Positions 14,101 through 25,976 of a DNA stretch of 60,000 bases are shown here, piece after piece. The notes beneath the pieces are model-generated. The model worked only from the letters and a program-made list of their open reading frames with translations, was not told where the DNA came from and made no database searches. This DNA comes from Amphiscolops sp. MND2022 (Eukaryota). Positions within the stretch are counted from its first letter, which is position 1; every line of letters starts with the position of its first letter. A program made the translations under genes and the position numbers. The stretch lies in assembly GCA_964187785.1 (NCBI GenBank), contig OZ076409.1, forward strand, positions 50,222,001-50,282,000. Reading direction: 5' to 3'.

Positions 14101-15625
14101 TATTCATTCACAATTTTGACTTTGTAGAGTGGGTTTGTTTTCTTTCAGCCAATTCTTGACGTTATCGATGTCCATATTAATTTTTTGCATTGGTTTTTCC
14201 TCAATTTTTACAAAGAGGTATCATCAGCAAAAGTGTCAACTTTGTACTCTCGCAAGTGTCGTACAGATCAATGATGTATATTCTTTGATCATTGAACTTA
14301 TCAAAAACAAGAGCCAATAACAGATTGGGCCAATAACAGAGCCTTTTGAATGCTTGTGATTATTTTCAGGGTTTTTTCCTGTTCAGGGGAGCATATTGCT
14401 TACTGTTTGCCAAATATTCTTAAAACAGTGAACGTATGTTTCCGCTAAAACCATATCTTTCAAGTTTACACAAAAGAATTTTGTGGTCTCTTGTATTAAA
14501 AGAGTTTTTGAAGATCAAGAAAGATCATGGTAAAATTAATTCGCCAATAAGTCGAGCTCTTCCGCTTTTTGTCTAAGTAGGAGCTATGTCAGATCGGGAG
14601 CTTGCAAGTGACATGTACAAAACATGTGCAAGGGTGACTCGTACTGGGGTACCTAGAATCAACTATTGGGGGACAGACGTTTTCTTCTACCCTAGCTAAA
14701 AATGTAGGGACTTGACTGGTTTTCCAAGATTGCCAACAAGTTTCATCAAAACATACTAGCATTACTACTGACAATTTTGTCCATTAGTGTTGTTCTTTTG
14801 TTGAAGTCAGCTTCTTCTAGGCTGCTGGCAAGATTCTTCAATAAAATAGTGCCAGTTCAACGCCGTTAAATTGTGAAGGCTTTCTTGTGCGTCCGTTTTA
14901 CATACAGTAGAGGCAATGTTCCACTACCGAGAGCTCGTATCATTTTTTGGGTATAATAAGAAATACCCTGCATACAGGTTTGGAGAATGTAAAAAAGTCT
15001 AGCAGTCTTGACATAAGATGAATAACATGAAAGACCCTTACAATGGAGTTGAATTGAAACTAAGTTCGTTTCCATTTGAACGTTCTACCTGTTGACTGGT
15101 ATTTTGCTCCAATTCTTTGCTGAATACCAGTTATTAGAATTGAACATGGACCAGGTAAATTTTGATGCCAAGTGATGCAATTTTATATCCGGCGCCAGTT
15201 GCAATATGTGTTTGGTTTACTTCTGGATGGGCAACCAGGGGTCAAATGAAGACAAAAAATACTTTCAAGAGCAATGAACGGCTGAGGTTTTTGATAGAGT
15301 AATCAAAAGTAAAGAAAGAGGGAAATATTTTCTTACTGAAATACTTAGATGTCATATAAGCCAGTTTGGCCAAAGTGCTGTTCCACTTGAGAGGTTGGAG
15401 TTTCACGGCTTCTCTATAGTAGTTGTGTCGGTCTAGGATAACTTTGGAGAAATCCATTCCTTTGCCCAACTTTCCATCAGGATTGGGAATGTCTGGGTTA
15501 TCTGACGGAAACGACTCTACTGGGATCTTGCCCAGCGATGTCGCCTTTGATACAACAGCAAAAATTGCAACAGTTAGGGCCGATGAAATCAACAGCCTCG
15601 ATTTGGCTGCATTCGCAAACATCAT
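11179..15625 (-). CDS. Secreted CAP/SCP (PR-1/CRISP/antigen 5 superfamily) protein, 4 exons, about 256 aa
   Basis: Exons 15625-15337, 12319-12134, 11826-11638 and 11285-11179 join through GT-AG introns, all phase 1, into a 771-nt ORF. It has a hydrophobic signal peptide and the motifs ILDRHNYYR...PLKWNSTLA, VGENL, AVDEWYRE, HFIQMMW...IGCS and IVNCYY. Confidence 0.92.
13560..15150 (-). mobile_element. Highly decayed LINE (RT) fragment in CAP intron 1
   Basis: Minus-strand remnants of RT motifs: DLQK (about 14510), GSVIGP (about 14330-14345), FADDT (about 14218-14232) and a KYLG-like motif (about 14020). No open frame; boundaries approximate. Confidence 0.65.
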
Positions 15626-16697
15626 TTTTGAGTCCCGGTCAGTCTAAACAAAAGAAGAAAACTATATTGGGTTGTTTCCCTTTGAATGAATTATTGTATC
15701 AAACTTAGCACTCTTAAGAACGCAAAGATACACAATTTAGTTAGCGTGATGAAACTGATTTTTTCCCGAATATGTTAAATTTATTTATTATAGAGAAGTT
15801 GAGTTTAGCAAAATCATCGCAATCATAAAAGTTTTTCATTTTTTTCGCCGCTGGAAATTGTCAAATGGGTTCAGCTTGAGGTCCAATTGAACATCTGAAA
15901 TACTTAGGTCATTCAAAATCAGTTTCAAAGATTCATTTGATTTGAACTTCTGATCTCTTTTTGTTTTTCGAAGATATAATCAATAAGTATTTGTACTGCT
16001 GTCAGAATTTGCTAAAAGAAGTAATTTTCAAAGATGGCTTTTGGAAAAAAACCTTCTCCTCTCAGATGTTCCCAATTAGTTCCAAAACCTTTATGAACTT
16101 GCCTATTCCTTCAAATAGAAACGTTAAACAAATTTTATCAAATTTTCTGACGAGTACTGAATCTTGACCTGAATAAAATTGTTTTGAATTCATCTGGCAA
16201 CCTTAATTAAATAAACTGATAATATAAACTTGAATGTGATACCACGGTAAACTACAAAAATTGGTTTTTATAATTTTCAGTTACTACCTCAGATTAGAGT
16301 TCTCGGTTCTCAGTTTGCAATCAAAGGATGATTTCCAGTTGCGTTAATTTTCTCTCTCAAGACTGAGGAATATTCAAAAACATGGATTTCATAGATAGAA
16401 GATAGATTGAATAGATTGATGATGAAGATAGATGATATAATGGCCAAGTGATGTAAAGTAAAGTTTTGTTACGAATGGAATTTAATGAGTGAATTTTTTG
16501 TTGCGAACCAGAGACCTAGATGAGCATCTAGAATGAAAGATCAGATAAAGTCAGATAAATTATTGACTCTAAACGCAGCTGTTTCTCATTGCTATAATGA
16601 TTCCTTCAATTTATTTTTTCCTAAATACATCATTTGAACAAAATCATTGATTTTCCATTTATCACACAGTGGTTGCTAAATGCCAAAATGCTAAAGG

Positions 16698-19600
16698 TTG
16701 CTAAAGGCCAAAGAAAGCTCGTGTTTAGCTTCCGTGACCAATGTTAAAGGTCTTCTTCAAATTACAGAAGTTGAGTTGCATTCTGCTGGGGAGTCGAAGA
16801 AAGTTTTAGCTCTTTGCGACTCAGCCTGTAGCCATACTTGGATTTCCGCAAGTTTGGCTAGCAAACTGAAAGTCCAAGGAACACCGATAAAACTGACCGT
16901 TCATGGGATCAACTCCCAGCAAATAGTTGATACACAAATGGTAGAACTCAAGTTGACACCGGTTCATTCGGGTGGCTCTTGTTCTCCCTTTACAATCAAA
17001 CCTTACGTGAGAGACAACCTCAGTGTAGGCACCGATACTATTGACGTGGACCGCATGAAAATCAAGTACTCTCACTTAGAATCCTCACTTAGAATCAGTA
17101 CCTTTACACAAGTACAGCTACGCCGACGTTGACATGATCCTGGGTCAGGACGTGTTTCACTTTATCCGCCCGCTGGAGTATTTTGATTCCGACTGCAAAA
17201 AAGCTCCAGTTGCCGTCCGTCTTCCGATGGGCTGGGTATTAAGTGGACCTCTTCCAGCGATTTCAGGAATGTTCTCAACGTGCTTGAAAGCTGTTACGAG
17301 TAACAAAGACTCTGATTCCGAGCTCGTCGACCAACTCCGCAGCTGGTATGATATGGAATCATACGGAGCGATGATACAAGTGGACTCCCGTTCCGCAGCC
17401 GACGCGAGAGCGGAGAAGATCCTTGAGGAAACGACTTACCACGATGGAACTCGGTATCAAGTGGGTATGCTATGGGCTGACATTGAAAGTAGTTTACCGA
17501 ACAACTATTTTTCGGCTCTCGTTCAGCTGAAATCTTTAGAACGTCGTCTAGGGAAAGACGATGAGTTGAGAGAGCGATACTCACAAAACATCCAAGACGA
17601 CTTTTTGAAAGGTTATGTAGTGCGCGTTGACAAAACTGACTGCTTCAAAGTTAGTAACCCCCGTGAATGGTATCTCTCGCACCACCCGGTCATCCATCCG
17701 AACAAACCAGGTAAAGTTCGACGAGTGTTGAATGGCGCGGCCAAATTTCAAGGCTCCTCCTTGAACAATGCACTTTTAACGGGACCAGATCATCTACAAA
17801 GCCTCATCCATATCCTGATTCGATTTCGACAATACCCGTTCGCTGTGTCTCCGGACATTGAAGGAATGTTTCTCCAAGTTGGGGTAATTCCAGACGACAG
17901 GCCGTCACTCCGTTTCTTGTGGCGCGATGACCCAGCTGCAGAAGTTGCTGTGTTCCAGTACGTTCGCCATATCTTTGGATCCAAAGACTCTCCCACCTGT
18001 GCGAACTATGCCTTGAGACGAACAGCAACAGACAATGCATCCCAGTTACCCGAAGCCGCTCAAAGCGTCATCAACAACTTCTCCATGGATGACTACTTAG
18101 AATCCAGCCCAACCATCGAAGAAGCTGCCCGAAAAGCTAAAGGTCTGGTGAACTTGCTTTTACTAGGTGGTTTCAAACTGACAAAGTTCGTCTCAAATGT
18201 GCGTTCTATTCCGCCACAAGTAGAAACCGACTTCACAACACCAACTGAGACAAAAGAAATCCCCAGCACCGAAGAATCGTCACATGTGTTGGGATTAAAG
18301 TGGAACCACAGCAGCGACACCCTTGTAGTCAGTCGTGGTACGAACCCTGAAGTCAAGGCGAAAGTAACTCATTGAATCGTTTTGAGTTTAGTATCTTCAG
18401 TGTACGATCCGATCGGACTTGTTGCGCCGTATACCGTCAAAGCACGACTACTGCTAAAAGACATCTGGAGGTTAAGTGGACAACATTGGGATGACGATTT
18501 ACCTCCGGAAGTTGTATCCAAGTTCCCTGATTGGAGTGAAGAACTACCAGGACTAGCGAGATAGTCATTCCACGAGCGTATTTCCAGGGAAAAGTCAAAA
18601 CTTTGGAACTTCACCTATTTGGCGATAGTTCACAAGATGTGTTCAGCGCTGTCGCTTTCCTACGGGCCAAGGTTGTCAACAAAGAAAATCAAGAACAAAC
18701 ACAACTCGCCATCGTATTCGGAAAGGCCAGCGTAGCACCCATGAAAGCCCTCACAATTCCAAAACTTGAACTAAAGGCCTCGTTACTAGCAGCAAGGCTT
18801 CGGAAAGAAGTTGAGGAAGCATTGACACTGGAGATTAGCAAGACTTTCATGTGGTCCGACAGCATAACTGTCTCACAGTGGATACATTCTCTGGACAAAC
18901 AGCCAGTCTTCGTTGCGAACCGCGTGGCAGAGATTTTGGATTTTACCACGACCGACGAGTGGAATTATGTTAAATCCAGTGAAAACCCCGCCGATGCAGG
19001 CACGCGAGGCCTGTCAGCAAAAACATTGTTAGACAGCAGTTGGCTCAAATGACCGTAGTTTCTAAAAACGTCCGACTGGCCATTCAAGCCACTAGAACCT
19101 GCAAAAATTAAACTGAAACCTGACATTAACGACAAGAGCACAGAAAAGCTTTCTCCAAAAGATGAGACTTCTCTCAGTTCCAATGCGGACATCAACACAT
19201 CAACTTTCGAGTGGCATAAGTAAATCTCTTTCCAGAAACTTTTGCGTATTGTCGCCTACCTGATGCGTCTCATACCAAAAAATGAGGCCTACCGATCCGA
19301 GACGGGTACCATCACGGACCCAAGTGAACTTGAGAATGCACAAACGAAGCTTTTCTATCTGGTACAATTAGAATCATTCCCCATAGAAAAGAAGCTACTG
19401 CTGAAGAACTCCCCGCTGAGTGGTTCCTCTAAAATACTACACTTCTCCCCTTTCATTGGTCCCAAAGGTTTACTTCGAGCAACTGGCAGAACAAAACAAC
19501 TCGACGTATCTAGTTTTGACGCGAAACATCCCGTCTTACTGGACAGTCGCCATCCAGTTACACGTTTATTCCTCGAACAATTACACCGATTTCATTGTCA

Positions 19601-21043
19601 TCAAGGTGTGGACTACTTGAGGGCGTTGGTGCAGCAACAGTTCGCCATCGTCAAGCTTAGAACCACCTTGAGATCAATAGTTCAGAGATGTGTAACTTGT
19701 CGCAAACGTCGAGCTGAGACTATCAGTCCGATGATGGCTGACCTTCCACGAGAAAGACGTGCCTTCAAGGAGCCCTTGTTTACCAACACTGGCGTAGACT
19801 ACTTTGGTCCATTCTACGTTTTTGTGAAAAGATCGACTGAGAAAAGATGGGGATTCCTATTTACTTGTTTGACTACACGAGCTGTACACTTCGAAGTTGT
19901 GCCCTCCATGGACACTAGCAGCTGCGTTATGGGAATCGAGAGGTTTACTGCCCGCCGGGGTATCCCATCAGTTTTATGGTCGGACAACGGAACCAACTTT
20001 ATAGCCAGTGAAAAAGAACTCCTACAGAACATTTCCAGTTGGAACCAACAAGTCTTGTCTGAAACTCTCGTAAAGAAAAGAATTCTCTGGAAGTTCAACC
20101 CACCAAGTGCTCCTCACCATGGAGGAATCTGGAAACGACTGGTCAGAAGTTTCAAACACGTTTTCTACGCTGTTCTTGGGAAGAGACGCCTAACTGACGA
20201 GATCTTGACAACAACGTTTTGCCTTGTTGAGCAAAGTCTGATTGCATGACCGTTAGTACCAGCTAGCCCCGATGCCACGGATTTGGACGCTTTGACTCCA
20301 AACTACTTTTTGCTAGGAACTGCGGGTTCCGATCTACCATCGGGGTGACTGTAAATAGGTCGAATTTTTCTGGTCGAAAGGACAGAGGTCGAACCTTTTG
20401 ATCGAATTGCAGGAATCGAAAAGAATGCGGTCGAATTTTATCGTATGTGTTGTATGGCTCGGTCGCTTCGCTCCCTTCGCCAAGTAGCAACATTGAGGCA
20501 TGGCCATATGGCACGTCGCTCCGCTTCGCTTCGCTCCTGCATTCAGGGCACTTGGGGTATGTGAACATATCTGACTACGTTATAAAAATTTCGATCCGAG
20601 TTTTTCCGATCCCATTCAAGAAACTTGGTATGTCGACCTGAGGACTAACTCTGATTTTCGATCCCGTTCCTTCGACCTACTTCCGCCCACCCCTACCATC
20701 GCATCAGCGTGCTGAAATTGACGATCGAAAGCGCTATGTGCGTGCACAAGCCTATTCCGACGCCATATGGAATCGATGGTTGAAAGAATATGTGCCTCCG
20801 CTCAATAGACGTTCGAAATGGTCCAGCCAGCCGGAGAGACAGCTTAAGACCAGAGACCTAGTTTGGATCATCGAGCCAACGAGTCCAAGAGGACACTATC
20901 CACTAGCCCGAGTTGTGAAGTTAAACTTTGGCAGCGATGCCATTGCACGTTCCGCTGAAGTAAAAACCAGGACAGGTCGTCTTCTTCGTCCCGTTGTGAA
21001 GTTATGCCCCGTCCTACCTGTGTCTGCTTCCGAATCATATTAA
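16698..21043 (+). pseudogene. BEL/Pao pol pseudogene
   Basis: ORFs 16698-17132, 17134-18375, 18382-18564, 18603-19052, 19242-20249 and 20738-21043 are collinear pieces of one pol. Confidence 0.9.
20342..20693. mobile_element. 352-bp MITE inserted in the BEL integrase region
   Basis: Imperfect 23-bp TIRs (GGGGTG...TAGGTCGAA and TTCGACCTA...CACCCC) with TACCATC duplicated at 20335-20341 and 20694-20700. Excising it restores the BEL frame (GSDLPSHQRAE). Confidence 0.88.
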
Positions 21044-21254
21044 TTTTGTCATCCGCTCCCGAGAATTTGATAGCATTTATTTAGCATGTATCACTGAAAC
21101 AATATAACATTAAACATATATTCTGAAAACCTATGTAAATCGTTTTCTGCATTTGAAAAAAAAATCCTTTTTTGTGTTGAAAAAAATACTCATCATCCTG
21201 GGCCCGGAGGATGTTGCGTTCGCAATAAGATTACATTAATTTACCGAATAACAA

Positions 21255-21325
21255 GGCCCTTTGGCCAAATAGGATGCGCGTTAGTCTTTCAACCATTAGA
21301 GTGTAGGTTCGAGTCCCGGCAACCG
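21255..21325 (+). other. tRNA-derived (Glu-like) SINE head or pseudo-tRNA
   Basis: A-box-like TGGCCAAATAGG, loop CTTTCAA and B-box GGTTCGAGTCC. The acceptor stem does not close. Confidence 0.55.
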
Positions 21326-22412
21326 AAAATTGTTTCGTAAAAGTATATTTTGCAAAATACATAGTAAAAATAATGCTTTTGACATTTGCTATCTCGAAAT
21401 CTTATGTCATAGTTTGATCATTTATGTTCATGAGTTTTTGGTTTCTTTGTTGCGGGATTCTTCAGATGAATCATTGTACCCACATATTGTTTCGTTTTTC
21501 GTTAACTTTCATTGTTAATCCTCATTACATATGTTGGCGCCAGTCAATTGCGAGATCAAAAACTCAAATTCGAACGTAACTGATGAAACTTACAACTCAA
21601 AACACTTAGAAACTTTATCAAGGTTTTAGTTGGAAAATTTACAAGTTTCACTAGAAATATGGCGCCACCAAAAAACACCACCCCCCCTTCCCGGTAAACC
21701 ACTCATTCAATCACCTTGAAACTTGGCACACGTATAGTAGTGGTGCTACCCTAACTTTTCACTCTGTACACCCAACCTCGTATCTCCCCTGGGTTCCGAG
21801 CAATTAACACCCAAAGTGACCTAAGTCGGACCCCATGAATTACCCAATTTTGATGTATTAATTATTATGTGATTTTCTCATATGATCTTGAAGGAAATGT
21901 AACGCTGATGAAATTAACGATATTCACATTGTGTAAACATACTTTCTAACCCACCTGACCAACATGCCAAAACCACCACATAGTTTGTTTACTTTGCCAA
22001 TAACTTCATTTTATGCTTTAAATGTCATTTATTCATACCGCATATTCCAACTGATATTTGCTTATATTTACTGTAGAATTGTAAACCACATTTATACCAT
22101 TATTTGGTAGAGATTTTCTCTAACCTGACCAAAAGATAGTCCTTTAAAACAAGAAAACCAGGAATTGTTTAGTGACGTTCCACAGCACTAAGCAACGGAT
22201 CAGGGCGGCGTAAAGCTTGTCAAGCCTCAGCGCAGGATAGAAAGAAAGAAAGAATTAAATTTTCTCTGATGCTATGTTTAAAAAATTGAACAATAGTACC
22301 AGTACAGAAGTTAAGTACAATGCAGTCAGTTCAATTAAAAATATAGCACCAGAGGGGACCCTCCAAAGGTTATTATTCCTAAACGGGGGAGGACCCTCCA
22401 AACACAAGGGCA

Positions 22413-25400
22413 TCAACAAAAAACTATGTCTGCCAGACGTTCGCTACTTATTTTGTTTTTAATTTTTAATATCAATCTTTTAGTCTCATTTTCACCGATA
22501 GATTCATAATTGCGAGGTAATAGCTTCGTTTTTAGTAGATGATTCAGTAAGACAGTTCCACGATATTTTAGTGATTGTCGGCTTACTTGCGTTCGTGCTT
22601 CAGGTACAAAAAACATATTGGAAGAAACACTCCGAGTAAAAACAAGTGAATTTTTGTGGATAAATACGCTCCTGATATTATGCAGTTGACTTTCTCTACT
22701 AGAACGCACGGCGAATTTTAATAGTTCAAATACGTATAGATCAAAAACATTCATAATTTCGCTTCTTTCGAACAATTCATCCGATGGATATCGTCTGTTT
22801 TTGAAATATGTAATACGGAGGATTTTTTCTGAACAAGAAATATATCATTCAGTACACTCTTCCTCGTGCACCCATATATCAAGAGTCCGTATTGGATAAT
22901 TGGTTTCATGTATGTTTTATAATATCGTATCACTACCGAACTACTGGTGAAATGCCTTAGACGGTTAATAATGGATACATGTTTAGCTAATTTATTCAGT
23001 ACTCGTTTGACGTGGAAACCATAAGTTATATTTTTATCAAGTAAGACACCCAGATATTTAACGTATTCAGTACATGTTATTTCAGTATTTTTCAATACTA
23101 TGCTTTCATCTTTGCAGTTTAAAAACTGGACCAATTCAGTTTTAGGAATATTTTGACTGAGTTTATTCATAGCCATCCATCTAGGAATGTGTTCAACTTC
23201 ATCTTGTAATGTAGATGTTTCATTTTTGGGTCTCGCGTAAACGCAATTAGCATCATCCGCAAAGAGAAAAGGAATAATGTTTTTACACGAGTTCGGGAAA
23301 TCATTTACATAAATTATAAAGAGCAGTGGGCCAAGAATAGATCCTTGAGGAACGCCGCAGTCAATAAGTAATGGTTTTGAGACTTTACCGTTAATTGAAA
23401 CACATTGACTTCGTTTACTTAGATATGATGTGAACCAATCCAAGCAAACCCCTCTGACACCGTATGCTTCGAGTTTAGACAAGAGAAATTCATGGTTTAT
23501 TGTATCGAAGGCTTTTTGTAAATCAAGCAAAATACAAGAAATATCGAGGTTAGAATTATCCCTAATCATTTCTGTAATATCGGAAAGAGCGTGGATGGGG
23601 CTCAGTTTTGACCTGAATCCAAATTGTCTTGGGTATAATAGCTTATTTTTATCCATGAAATTATATAATCGTTCATGCACAACACGTTCAAATATTTTGC
23701 TCAATACTGATAAAACAGATATGGGTCTGTAATTTTCACGTATAGATTTTTTGCCGGATTTGTATATCGGTACCACTCTCGCAGCTTTCAAAACCTGAGG
23801 AAATGTTCCACTTTTTAGCGATTCATTCACGAGATCAGTTAATTTTTCAACTATTACATCGTGACTCACTTTTAGTATTTCTGCAGTCAGTCCATCTAGA
23901 CCAGGTGATTTATGGTTTTTAAGATTTTTTATAATCCTCGAAATCTCAGTGCCATCAGCTGGATAAAAAAACAGTGATTTTTCATTAGTTTTTATACCAT
24001 AAGTCGTGAATGGGACATTATCAATTGAAGCAGCTAAGGTTTTACTGATGGAAACAAATTTTTCATTGAACGATTCGGCCACATCAATATCATCCATAAT
24101 CAATTCATTTTTATCATTCTTGATAACAAAGTTGGAATTTTTTGTTGCTTTACCAGTGATTTTGTTTAGTTCTTTGTAGAAACATTTAGGATTATTGATA
24201 AGCCCATTCAGACGTGAATCGTAGTATTCGCGCTTGCTTTTACGAAGCTGCTGGTGCACATTATTTCTAGCTCTTGTGTAGCGTAGCTTGTTCTGATAGG
24301 TTTTACAGCGCTTGTATCTGTGGAAACTACAATTTCTTCGAATTAAGGCCTTTTTTACTTCCTTTGTGAACCAAGGTCTTACGGCATCTTGGTGTTCTGA
24401 TTGTTTTTCAACTGTGAAAGCATTAACTGCTTCCGATATTGCATTGGCAAACGATTCAGTAGATGCATTGATGTCCTGTCCTAAGTCTACAAGTTCCAGG
24501 CAATGTTTTAAGTAATTTAGATAGAGATTTGTTGCATTACCGTCCCGGAGAAACGGTCTATCCTTAAAAAAATGTTGAGAACGAATGGATTTAGATTTAC
24601 TTATATTCAAATCAACGTAGGTTGCAAAATGGTCTGTAATATACGTCTTGATAACTCCAAATTCCAGAGGTCTTTGGTAGTCATTATGGATTATATGATC
24701 GATTAACGATTCTGAGTCAAGCGTTACACGGGTTGGTTCTTCGATTCCTTGGGCGCAACCATGAATTTCCAACAATTTCAGATACCTATCTGCAACAGGG
24801 TTGCATTCCAAGAGGTCAAAATTAATATCGCCTATTAGATAGTAGTTCTTAATTTGACTAAGAGACTCAAGAAGTAACTCAAACTGATCCAAGAAATCAT
24901 GTTTATTTACGGAAGGCGAATTGTATAAGCATACAACGGTAAATTTTTCCTTATTCCTAGCGGTACATTTGACTCCAGTATAGTTTAGATCAGGAATAGA
25001 ATCTTTCTGTATGTTAAGCTCCAAAAGTTCAAATGCCAGCGATTCATGGACATATATTGCAACACCTTCATTTCTTGTTGAACCAGGATCAAATTCCATA
25101 GGTGCATAGGATTCTAGTGCGTAGGCATTTTTGTCAGAGGATTCAGTCATCCATGTTTCGGACAAGCAAATAATACACGGTTTGTTTTCACGTTTGTTTT
25201 TCACATCGATCACAGCCTGATACACGTCCTCATTTGGTGCCTCCTCCACCCCAAATATGCGGACATTGTCCCGCCTTCCATATTGCTGGTTTGAATCGGC
25301 ATTGAAAAGACTGGACAGCTCTCCGCTGATTTGAGGCTTTTCTGTAATTTTCGCAAGTTTGGACTGCAAGTCGGCCACCTCAGCTGCTGCACAGAAGCCA

Positions 25401-25563
25401 CATAGGAAGGGGCGGTCCATGAAACCCTTGTGGATCTTTTCGGGAGCCATGTGGGGACCCAGGATTGGCATCCCTTTCCCTTGTCGGGACCCTTGCCAGT
25501 ACATTCGATTAGGTGGGTGGACCCCTCTTCGTCTGATTGAGAGCCAGTTCTAGTAGTCGGCAT
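22413..25563 (-). CDS. LINE ORF1-ORF2 fusion polyprotein (PHD-like/coiled-coil ORF1 N-terminus, APE endonuclease, RT); two single frameshifts in homopolymers
   Basis: The 917-aa ORF 22751-25504 contains QQYGRRDNVRIFG (ORF1), CLSETW, GDIN and TDH (APE), and YRPIS, DLQKAFD, GVPQGSILGP, FADD and KYLG (RT). The N-terminus continues in ORF 25210-25563 (shift at about 25455) and the C-terminus in ORF 22413-22775 (shift at about 22825). Confidence 0.88.
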
Positions 25564-25574
25564 CGCGTCTGAAA

Positions 25575-25609
25575 CTATTTAATAAGTTTATCACAACAAT
25601 TAGGCTAAC
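25575..25609 (-). other. Putative spliced-leader (SL) exon sequence at the LINE 5' end
   Basis: The minus strand reads GTTAGCCTAATTGTTGTGATAAACTTATTAAATAG directly after the TSD, ends in AG and lies 11 nt before the ORF1 ATG. It matches my recollection of the acoel SL, which I have not verified. Confidence 0.65.
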
Positions 25610-25976
25610 GGATAAAGGCAAGCAGCCGTTACAGAATACAAACTTTAGCCATCTAAAGATTTTATAGTTCCAAAGTTAAAGTTCCTCTTAATATTGTTTT
25701 TCCGAGTCCGTATGGGTACGTATTAGGTGGCGTCTAGGTCCTAATTTGGTCCCTATTGTAATCAAAACTTCAGGTCCGTATTGGTCTGCTCAAAAGTTTG
25801 GCCACCCTGCCATATTGGCATCTTGCCCACAGAATGAATCCTTCTCAGGGCAACACTAATTCAAGAGGTCCCAATCGAGCCCACACTACTGGAGTACCCA
25901 CATAATTTATCTTATCTACGTGTCTTTTTATTACTCGCAGTTTAAAATGTTTCAGGTCTGTTTTTGCCATCATTGA

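Larger units (their letters stand above)
16690..21253 (+). mobile_element. BEL/Pao LTR retrotransposon, 5'-truncated and decayed (protease, RT, RNase H, integrase, PPT, LTR start)
   Basis: Motifs ALCDSACSHTW (protease), DIEGMFLQV and FSMDDYLES (RT), ELHLFGDSS and TIPKLEL (Pao RNase H), H..H..CVTC zinc finger, and GVDYFGP / SDNGTNF (integrase). A polypurine-like GGGCCCGGAGGA is followed by TGTTG at 21212. There are several in-frame stops and a 13-bp tandem duplication (17071-17096) that shifts the frame. Confidence 0.93.
22240..25609 (-). mobile_element. CR1-group (CR1/L2/Crack-like) LINE, internally deleted but retaining both ends, with TSD GGATA
   Basis: GGATA occurs at 22235-22239 and 25610-25614, and there is a (TTTC)n 3' tail at about 22240-22253. 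The flanks join into a repeat that is present uninterrupted at about 52800-52927. It encodes an ORF1 N-terminus, APE endonuclease and RT. Confidence 0.92.
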
